From positions 1 through 55,340 of the forward strand of contig JAFQMP010000026.1 of NCBI GenBank assembly GCA_017396225.1: 55,340 bases of DNA, written 5' to 3'. Shown here piece by piece: positions 35,750-43,450 of the stretch (positions within the stretch are counted from its first letter, which is position 1; each line of letters opens with the position of its first letter). This DNA is from Clostridia bacterium. Its GTDB lineage: Bacteria > Bacillota > Clostridia > Oscillospirales > CAG-272. Position numbers and translations under genes: made by a program. The notes under the pieces are model-generated. The model was not told where the DNA came from, made no database searches, and saw nothing but the letters and a program-made list of their open reading frames with translations.

Positions 35750-37197
35750 GCCTGTTTACCTCCCATATCATCTTCAAGTGCCGCGCCAACGCGGTAAAGC
35801 AGTGCCTCGGAGAAGGGCTTACCCATCAGCTGCAGGCCAACAGGCATACCGCCCTCGCCCACGCCGCAGGGCAGTGCAAGTGCAGGAATACCCGCAACAT
35901 TTACAGGCACACTATACGCATCACCCATATACATCTCCAAGGGATTCTGGCTCTTTTCGCCCAGCTTGTATGCCACGGTGGGCGCCACGGGCGAGAGAAT
36001 GACATCACACTGCTCAAGCACGCGGTCATAGTCGGCACGCACAAGTGCGCGCACCTGCAATGCTTTTTTATAGTAGGCATCGTAGTAGCCCGAGGAAAGG
36101 GCGAAGGTGCCCAGCATAATGCGGCGCTTCACCTCTGCACCAAAGCCCTCGGAGCGACTCTTCTTATAAAGCTCCGCAATATCGGCAAACTCCTCGGTGC
36201 GGTAGCCGTAACGCACACCGTCAAAGCGTGCAAGGTTCGAGGACGCCTCTGCGCTGGAAATAACATAATAGGCAGCAAGCGCGTGGTCAATGGCAGGCAT
36301 CGAAACCTCCATCAGCGTCGCACCCATTTTCTCATAACGCGCGGCAGCATCGAGCACTGCCTTCTTCACATCGGAAGAAATACCCTCGCCAAAAAACTCC
36401 TTCGGAATACCAATAACAATACCCTTCACGCCCTTGCCGATTTCTGCACCGAAATCGCCGTAAACGCGGTCGATTGAGGTCGCATCGCGCTTGTCGTGAC
36501 CTGCAATGGCATTCAGCACCAGCGCATTATCGCGGACGGTGTGGGTAAGCGGACCAATCTGGTCAAGAGAGGACGCAAATGCCACCAGACCGTAACGGGA
36601 AACAGTGCCGTAGGTGGGCTTCATACCAACCACACCGCAAAAGGCTGCGGGCTGACGGATAGAGCCGCCCGTGTCGGAGCCAAGCGTGTAGGCTGCCTCG
36701 TAGGCTGCAACGGCTGCGGCAGAGCCGCCCGAGCTGCCGCCGGGTACACGTGTGAGGTCAAGGGGGTTTCTCGTCTTCTTCATCGCGGAGTTTTCGGTGG
36801 TGGAGCCCATCGCAAACTCGTCCATATTCAGTTTACCGAGCATCACGAAGCCTGCATCGAAAAGGCGTTCAATCACGTGTGCATCGTAGGGTGGAATATA
36901 GCTCTCCAGCATCTTGGAGGCACAGGTCGTGGCAACGCCCTTGGTGCAGATGTTATCCTTGATGCCTGCAGGAATACCTGCGAGAGGGGAAAGCGTTTCC
37001 CCTGCGGCCAGACGGCGGTCAACGGCAATTGCCATATCCAGTGCGCGGCGCGCGTCGGTGGAGATATATGCACCCACACGGGGCTCGTTTTTCTCAATAG
37101 AGGCGATATACGCCTTGGTCAGCTCTGCAGAGGATACCTTGCGTGCGGCAAGCAATTCAGCAGCCTCGGCAAGACCTAATTTCAACAAATCACTCAT
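35746..37197 (-). CDS. gatA: Asp-tRNA(Asn)/Glu-tRNA(Gln) amidotransferase subunit A
   Basis: IKDNI, GKLNMDEFAMGS, PGGSSGGSAAAV, GSDTGGSIRQPA, EVKRRIMLGT. Confidence 0.98.
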   Translation of the reverse strand: MSDLLKLGLAEAAELLAARKVSSAELTKAYIASIEKNEPRVGAYISTDARRALDMAIAVDRRLAAGETLSPLAGIPAGIKDNICTKGVATTCASKMLESYIPPYDAHVIERLFDAGFVMLGKLNMDEFAMGSTTENSAMKKTRNPLDLTRVPGGSSGGSAAAVAAYEAAYTLGSDTGGSIRQPAAFCGVVGMKPTYGTVSRYGLVAFASSLDQIGPLTHTVRDNALVLNAIAGHDKRDATSIDRVYGDFGAEIGKGVKGIVIGIPKEFFGEGISSDVKKAVLDAAARYEKMGATLMEVSMPAIDHALAAYYVISSAEASSNLARFDGVRYGYRTEEFADIAELYKKSRSEGFGAEVKRRIMLGTFALSSGYYDAYYKKALQVRALVRADYDRVLEQCDVILSPVAPTVAYKLGEKSQNPLEMYMGDAYSVPVNVAGIPALALPCGVGEGGMPVGLQLMGKPFSEALLYRVGAALEDDMGGKQA

Positions 37198-37210
37198 CGG
37201 GACTCCCTCC

Positions 37211-39298
37211 TTATCCTTCTACGACACGGGGCACGGTAACATAGCCCTCTGCCTGCGTGGGGGCGCCCGCAAGCAGCGCCTCACGGGTAAACTCGCTCGT
37301 GGGCTCGTCCTCGCGCAGAACATTTTTCAGGGGAACAACGTAGGTTGCCTCGGCAACGCCTGTCGTATCCACCGCGGAAAGCTGGTCGGCAAAGCCGATA
37401 ATTGCACTCATATCGGTGGCAACGCGTGCCTTCTCCTCACCCGAAAGCGAGAGTCTGGCAAGGTCAGCGATGCGCTCCACGTCAATGGTAGGCGCAGCTT
37501 TTTTGCCACCCGCACTGCCGCCTGTGCCACCCTCAAGCGCCTTGCCAAGCCCCAGCACCTCAAGCTGAGTGGCATCTACAGGCGTAGGCGCATCGGTCAT
37601 CGGACAGGAAGCGTCCTTAATCTTGGGGAATGCGATAACCTCACGAAGGCTGTCTGCGCCAACCATAATCATAACGAAGCGGTCAAGACCGAAGGCAAAG
37701 CCTGCGTGGGGGGGTGTGCCGTAGCGGAAAGCACCGACCATAAAGCCGAAACGCTCCTCAATCTCCTCATTGGAGAAGCCGAGTGCCTCAAACATCACGC
37801 GCTGTACGTCGCGGTTGTGGATACGGACAGAGCCGGAACCAAGCTCGATACCGTTGAGAACAACGTCATAGGCCTGTGCACGCACGCGCGCCTTATCCGT
37901 GAGAAGATACTGCACGTCCTCGGGATAGGGCATCGTGAAGGGGTGGTGGGTCGCAACAAAGCGGTCCTCCTCCTCGGAATACTCAAACTGGGGGAAGTCG
38001 GTGACAAAGAGGAACTTATACTCGTCCTTGTGGCGGAGTCCCAGCATATCGGCAACGGTCAGGCGGAGCGCACCGAGCACCTTACGTACTGTCGCGAGCT
38101 TATCTGCCGAGAACAGAATAAAGTCACCGGGCTTTGCACCAAGACGGTCAAGCAGCGCCTTGAAGCCCTCCTCGGTGAAATATTTGGGCAGAATGGAATT
38201 GACGGTGCCGTCCGCGCGGAGCAGAATCCACGCCATACCCTTGGCACCAAAGGAAATTGCCTTTTCGGTCAGGTTTTCAATATCGGTACGGGCAAACCTC
38301 TCACCTGCGCCGGGCACGCAAATGGCGCGCACCACACCGCCCTGCTTGGTGACAGAGTTGAATACCGAGAAGGTGGAGGCAGCGGCAAGGTCGGTGACCT
38401 CAACGATAGGCAGGTCAAAGCGCAGGTCGGGCTTATCCGAGCCGTACACGTCCATTGCCTCGTGCCAGGTGATGCGTTCAAAGGGCTCCTCAATCTTGAT
38501 ACCCTTTACCTTGTAAAAGAGGTCCTTGAACATACCCTCAAGATGCTCCAGCACGTCCTCCTGCTCGACAAAGGACATCTCCATATCAACCTGAGTAAAC
38601 TCGGGCTGGCGATCAGCGCGCAAATCCTCGTCACGGAAGCAGCGTGCAATCTGGTAGTAGCGGTCAATGCCGCCCACCATCAGGAGCTGCTTGTAAATCT
38701 GGGGGGACTGGGGGAGTGCGTAGAAGCTGCCGGGGTGTACGCGAGAGGGGACAAGGTAATCGCGTGCGCCCTCGGGCGTGGATTTGCAGAGCATAGGGGT
38801 TTCCACGCAAAGGAAGCCCTCTTTAATCAGGTACTCCTCTACGGTGTGCTGAATAAACGCACGGGTTTTCAGATTGTGATACATCGAGGGTCTGCGCAAA
38901 TCAATGTAGCGGTATTTGAGGCGCAAATCCTCACGGGTCTGCTGGCTGTCCTCGGGCGAGAAGGGCAGCTGGTCACACTGGGAGAGAAGCTCCACAGCGA
39001 TGGCCTTCATTTCCACCGTGCCCGTTGCAATACGCGGATTGACGGTAGCCGCATCGCGCAGGCGAATGTCACCTGTGACCGATACAACAGACTGGTTGCG
39101 GAGACTCTCCACAACCGAGAAATCCTCTGCCGTGAGATTGGCGGCATCAAACACCACCTGCACCACGCCCTCGCGGTCGCGCAGGTCGACGAAGATAACG
39201 CCACCCATGTCGCGCTTGTTGAGCACCCAACCGGCAACGCGCTGTACCGTGCCGATGTGCGTCTCGCGCACAAGACCGCAATAAATCGTTCTTTTCAT
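37211..39298 (-). CDS. aspS: Aspartate--tRNA ligase (bacterial type) fused to a C-terminal GatC domain
   Basis: FVDLRDREG, STPEGARDY, ALPQSPQ, CFRDEDLRADRQPEFTQ, PPHAG.AFGLDR; then a Gly linker and IDVERIADLARL...NVLRED...AP...VPRV (GatC). Confidence 0.95.
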   Translation of the reverse strand: MKRTIYCGLVRETHIGTVQRVAGWVLNKRDMGGVIFVDLRDREGVVQVVFDAANLTAEDFSVVESLRNQSVVSVTGDIRLRDAATVNPRIATGTVEMKAIAVELLSQCDQLPFSPEDSQQTREDLRLKYRYIDLRRPSMYHNLKTRAFIQHTVEEYLIKEGFLCVETPMLCKSTPEGARDYLVPSRVHPGSFYALPQSPQIYKQLLMVGGIDRYYQIARCFRDEDLRADRQPEFTQVDMEMSFVEQEDVLEHLEGMFKDLFYKVKGIKIEEPFERITWHEAMDVYGSDKPDLRFDLPIVEVTDLAAASTFSVFNSVTKQGGVVRAICVPGAGERFARTDIENLTEKAISFGAKGMAWILLRADGTVNSILPKYFTEEGFKALLDRLGAKPGDFILFSADKLATVRKVLGALRLTVADMLGLRHKDEYKFLFVTDFPQFEYSEEEDRFVATHHPFTMPYPEDVQYLLTDKARVRAQAYDVVLNGIELGSGSVRIHNRDVQRVMFEALGFSNEEIEERFGFMVGAFRYGTPPHAGFAFGLDRFVMIMVGADSLREVIAFPKIKDASCPMTDAPTPVDATQLEVLGLGKALEGGTGGSAGGKKAAPTIDVERIADLARLSLSGEEKARVATDMSAIIGFADQLSAVDTTGVAEATYVVPLKNVLREDEPTSEFTREALLAGAPTQAEGYVTVPRVVEG

Positions 39299-39336
39299 AA
39301 CTTTACTCCTTTTCTTTTTTGGAGATTGGCAGGGGC

Positions 39337-39610
39337 AAAAAAATAACGCCCCTGAAAGTGTCAAGCCACTTTCGGGACGAAAGAAAATCTTCCGCGGTAC
39401 CACCCGCCTTTGAGCATACGCTCCTCACGGACACTCCTTTGAAGGAATATCCCTCGGCTGTAACGCGCCGCCGCGCCTGCGCCTACTGCCCGCTTCGGGG
39501 GTTCGAACAGGAACTCCGGAATGTTCTTTCATCGCGCACCCATACCGTCATCGCAGCACCGACGGCTCTCTGTGATAGCCCTCGCGATTACTTTTTTCCA
39601 TCATTGCTTT
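39337..39610 (-). ncRNA. T-box riboswitch with Asn (AAC) specifier
   Basis: GA motif, AGTA, AGAGAG..GGTGCTG distal motifs, specifier loop GAAAG-AAC-A (39523-39525), T-box AAGGCGGGTGGTACCGCG, terminator with U-tract. Confidence 0.92.
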
Positions 39611-39630
39611 TGAAAATATTATACACCGAT

Positions 39631-39659
39631 ATTGTAGCACTATTCCTCCGTTCTGTCAA
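39631..39659 (-). promoter_or_regulatory. Sigma-A promoter of the T-box leader
   Basis: TTGACA-17 nt-TACAAT with TGn. Confidence 0.75.
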
Positions 39660-39720
39660 GTGGGTATAAAAAAAATAAATAATAACGCAGAAAATGCCCG
39701 CCCGACGTGGCTTACACCCC

Positions 39721-39749
39721 TTGCAATTTCCCTGTTTTACGTGTATAAT
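39721..39749 (+). promoter_or_regulatory. Sigma-A promoter of the glycosylation operon
   Basis: TTGCAA-17 nt-TATAAT. Confidence 0.65.
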
Positions 39750-39800
39750 GTATTTTGTATAAATATTTTAATTAAACTTTAAGGAAAGCGAGGTGGCAGC

Positions 39801-41096
39801 ATGAAAGCAGTGATTATGGCGGGCGGCAAGGGCACGCGTATGGCGACGCTCGGCTCCGATCTTCCAAAGCCCATGTTGCCCCTTGGCGGCAAACCGATTT
39901 TGGCGCATGAAATTGCGTGCCTTGTGAAAGAGGGCATCACTGACATTGTTTTGGTTGTGGGGCATCTCGGTCACGTCATCAAAAATTACTTTGGCGACGG
40001 CAGGACATTCGGCGCGCGTATCACATATTTTGAGGAAAGCGAGCCGCTTGGCACGGCAGGGGCGCTCTATCACTTAAAGCCCGCCCTTGCAGATGATGAT
40101 TTTCTGTTGCTTGGCGCCGACCTGCTTTTTGAGGTAGACCTTTCCCGTTTTCTTGCCTACCACCGTGAAAGGGGCGGTCTTGCCACCCTGCTCACCCACC
40201 CCTCCACGCACCTTTTTGACAGCGTGGCGGTGTACGCCGATGAGAATGGGCGTGTACGCGCACTCCTGCCCCCTGCCGCCGACCGTGCGATAACGGCAAA
40301 TCGCACAAACGCAGGTCTGCAAATCTGCGCCCCTGCCCTTTTAGACCGCCTGACCGGGGCGGGCAGGCTTGACCTTGACCGCGAGGTGCTTGCTCCCCTT
40401 GCCACCGAGGGCTTGCTTTACGCCTACAACTCCCCCGAATACGTAAAGGACGTAGGCACGCCCGAAAGACTTGCCTCGGGCGAGCACGACCTTGCCGCAG
40501 GCTACCCCCAAAAGGCATATCTCGGCAAAAAGCGCCCTGCCGTATTTCTTGACCGTGACGGCACCATCAACCGCCATATCAGCTTTTTAAGTCGCCCCGA
40601 CCAGATTGAGCTTTTACCCCGCGCTGCAGAGGCAATCAGGCTCTTAAACGAGCGCCATATCCCTGTGATTGTCGCCACCAACCAGCCTGTCATCGCACGC
40701 GGTGACGTAACGCGCGAGGGACTTGCCGCCATTCACGGCCGCCTTGCCTGCTTACTGGCAGAACAGGGCGCTTTCGTCAACGATATTTTCTACTGTCCGC
40801 ACCACCCCGACGGGGGCTTTGCGGGCGAGGTGCCGGCACTCAAAACAGATTGCGCTTGTCGCAAGCCGGAGCCGGGGCTCTTGTTACAGGCCGCCGCACG
40901 ATACAACCTTGACCTTCCCCGCTCGTTGATGATTGGCGACCGCGACACCGACGTAATGGCTGGCAAAAGGGCGGGGTGCCTGACGGCAAAAATCGGCAAT
41001 AGCACCAAGGGCCTTATTCCCGATTGCCACGCCGATATCACGGGGGAAAGCCTTTATGAGTGCATCGTGAAATTTCTGGAAAGCGAGGGGCTTTGA
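39801..41096 (+). CDS. gmhB: Bifunctional sugar-phosphate nucleotidyltransferase (HddC-like) / D-glycero-D-manno-heptose-1,7-bisphosphate phosphatase (GmhB)
   Basis: AVIMAGGKGTR..PKPM, EPLGTAG, KDVGTPER; then FLDRDGTIN, TNQP, CPHHP...C.CRKP, MIGDRDTD. Confidence 0.88.
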   Translation: MKAVIMAGGKGTRMATLGSDLPKPMLPLGGKPILAHEIACLVKEGITDIVLVVGHLGHVIKNYFGDGRTFGARITYFEESEPLGTAGALYHLKPALADDDFLLLGADLLFEVDLSRFLAYHRERGGLATLLTHPSTHLFDSVAVYADENGRVRALLPPAADRAITANRTNAGLQICAPALLDRLTGAGRLDLDREVLAPLATEGLLYAYNSPEYVKDVGTPERLASGEHDLAAGYPQKAYLGKKRPAVFLDRDGTINRHISFLSRPDQIELLPRAAEAIRLLNERHIPVIVATNQPVIARGDVTREGLAAIHGRLACLLAEQGAFVNDIFYCPHHPDGGFAGEVPALKTDCACRKPEPGLLLQAAARYNLDLPRSLMIGDRDTDVMAGKRAGCLTAKIGNSTKGLIPDCHADITGESLYECIVKFLESEGL

Positions 41097-41097
41097 T

Positions 41098-42354
41098 GTG
41101 TCTGATTCTGCGACAAAGCGCCTGATTTTCGTCACCTCGCGCCTGCCCTGGCCGACCAACAGCGGCAGAAAGGTTTCGCTTTATCACTACTGCCGCGGCT
41201 TACACGAGAGGTACGGCTATGAGATTACCCTGTTTGTTTTCCCTGAGCACGACCAACCCCGTAACGAGCAGGACAAGCCCGACTTTATTTCACGCGTGGC
41301 ATTTGCCGCGCCCTTTTCCCGTGCCGAGCAGGCAGGCAATCTGCTCATCAAATCGCTCTTTGGCGGCAGGCCGCTGCAAGCAGCACTCTTTGAAAGCAGA
41401 AAAAGCAAAAGGCTGCTCGACCGTCTGGTTGCGGAAATCAAGCCTGACGTGATGATTTTTGATATGATTCGCTTAGCGCCCTATATGAAGCGCTATCAGG
41501 GGAAAACGCGCCTTGTGCTTGACCTTGATGACCTCTTGTCGGTGCGTTACCGCCGCCAGCTGCAAGCATCTGCTGAGGGCAGCATTGCAGGGCGATACGA
41601 GGGGGCACTGCACCCCCTCACGCGCCGTATGCTCGGCGCAAAGTTTAGCCGTTTTATCCTCAAAACCGAGGCGCGCCGTGTGAAACGCGCCGAAATCAAA
41701 TTCTCTAAAAAAGCCGATGGCGTGATATTGGTGTCGGAAGGCGAGGTCGCGCACCTCAACGCCCTGCTTGGCGAAAGCAAGGCAATTACCGTCCCCACGG
41801 GTGTGGATATTGCCGCCTTTTCCGCTGCACGAGGCATGGCAAAAATCCCCAATACAGTTGGCTTTGTCGGCAATCTCTCCGTCCCTGCCAATGTGGCGTC
41901 GCTCACGCACATTACGGAGCACGTCCTGCCCCTACTTGCAGACGTGTCGCTTGAGGTGGTGGGCCCAACCCCCGAAGAAATCCGCGAAAAATACAAGGGC
42001 AATCCGCAGATTTCCCTGCTTGGCGAGGTTGACAATCTGCCCGAAGCGCTTGGACGCTGGCAGGTGTTTCTTGCTCCAATCACCTTTGGCACAGGACTGA
42101 AAACCAAAATTCTTGAGGCTATGGCTGCGGGCCTGCCGGTCGTCACCAACGCCGTAGGTGCCGAGGGCATCGGCGCGGGGACAGGCAGCGAAATTCTGCT
42201 TGCCGAAAGCGCAGAAGCACAGGCCGCCGCAGTAAAGGAATGCCTCGAAAGCCCCGAAAAAGCAACCGAAATCGGCAACGCAGCTGCCGCATTTGCCGCC
42301 GCACATTTTGCGTGGGAAAAATGCTTTGCGGCGTTTGAGGCTCTTGACCTGTGA
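41098..42354 (+). CDS. Glycosyltransferase family 4
   Basis: P.P..SG, GFVGNL...N, G.GLKTKILEAMAAGLPVV. Confidence 0.88.
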   Translation: MSDSATKRLIFVTSRLPWPTNSGRKVSLYHYCRGLHERYGYEITLFVFPEHDQPRNEQDKPDFISRVAFAAPFSRAEQAGNLLIKSLFGGRPLQAALFESRKSKRLLDRLVAEIKPDVMIFDMIRLAPYMKRYQGKTRLVLDLDDLLSVRYRRQLQASAEGSIAGRYEGALHPLTRRMLGAKFSRFILKTEARRVKRAEIKFSKKADGVILVSEGEVAHLNALLGESKAITVPTGVDIAAFSAARGMAKIPNTVGFVGNLSVPANVASLTHITEHVLPLLADVSLEVVGPTPEEIREKYKGNPQISLLGEVDNLPEALGRWQVFLAPITFGTGLKTKILEAMAAGLPVVTNAVGAEGIGAGTGSEILLAESAEAQAAAVKECLESPEKATEIGNAAAAFAAAHFAWEKCFAAFEALDL

Positions 42355-42362
42355 GGTGTGAG

Positions 42363-43439
42363 ATGAAGATTTTAATTGACAACGGCTTAAATAAAAACGG
42401 CACTGGCATTGCCGCATACAGCGACTATCTGGCAACAGCGCTTGCCAACCTGCCCGATACCGAGGTATCCCTTGAGAATTTCACGCCAAGGGGCGGTAAA
42501 ATCCGCCGCAGGCTTGCCTATCTGCATTACTTAAAAAGCAAGGCCTACCGCAAAAAAGTCGGTGGCTTTGACGTGGTGCACTACACCAACTACGCCATGC
42601 CGAAAAGGCTGCCCGCAGGCGTAGTATCCGCAGTAACGGTGCATGACCTGACTGCGTTTTCCCACCCCGACACCCTCTCCCGAGCCTACGCCGCCTACAA
42701 CCGCAAAATGGTGCGCCGCGCTGTGCGCTCTGCCAATATCATTTTTACGGTATCCGCTGCCATGGCAGAGGAAATTGCCGCCCGTTTTCCTGCGACGAAG
42801 GAAAAGATAATGACCGTTTACCCAGGTCATTACGAAGTGGCTACCCCCAATGTTCTGCCCGAGGTATATGAAAACGAGGCATTACAGGGACTTGAAAAGG
42901 GCAAATTTTTTCTCTTTATCGGCACGCTTGAAGCACGCAAAAACCTGACTGAGCTGGTAAACGCCTACGCCCTTCTCCTTGCGCGCTGTCCTGCCGCGAA
43001 GGCGTATGCCCTGGTGCTGGCCGGCAGACACGGACGCGGTGCCGCCGCCTTGATTGATACAGTGCTTGATGCCCCCGACGAGGCGGATATCCGTCTGCCC
43101 GGTTACGTCTGTGACAGTGACCGCGCAAAGCTGCTTGCAGAGGCGACAGCGCTGGTGTTTCCCAGCGTTTACGAGGGCTTTGGCTCTCCGCAGACCGAGG
43201 CAATGGCGGCAGGTCTTCCCATGATTTTAAGTGATATTCCGACCAATCGCGAGGTATCGGGTGAGCTTGCCCTCTACTATCCCGTGGGCGACCCCGACCT
43301 GCTTGCCAAGGCAATGGAATTAACGCTCCTTGGCATACATAAAGCAGACACGGCGAAATATACCGCGCGCCTTTCGCGCTTTGATTGGCAGCAATCCGCT
43401 GCCGAAATCCGCGCCGCATACGAGGCGCACAAAAAATAA
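42363..43439 (+). CDS. Glycosyltransferase family 4 (mannosyltransferase-like)
   Basis: TGIAAY, TVHDL, FIGTLEARKNL, FPSVYEGFGSPQTEAMAAG.P. Confidence 0.9.
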   Translation: MKILIDNGLNKNGTGIAAYSDYLATALANLPDTEVSLENFTPRGGKIRRRLAYLHYLKSKAYRKKVGGFDVVHYTNYAMPKRLPAGVVSAVTVHDLTAFSHPDTLSRAYAAYNRKMVRRAVRSANIIFTVSAAMAEEIAARFPATKEKIMTVYPGHYEVATPNVLPEVYENEALQGLEKGKFFLFIGTLEARKNLTELVNAYALLLARCPAAKAYALVLAGRHGRGAAALIDTVLDAPDEADIRLPGYVCDSDRAKLLAEATALVFPSVYEGFGSPQTEAMAAGLPMILSDIPTNREVSGELALYYPVGDPDLLAKAMELTLLGIHKADTAKYTARLSRFDWQQSAAEIRAAYEAHKK

Positions 43440-43450
43440 TCTGAAAGGAG

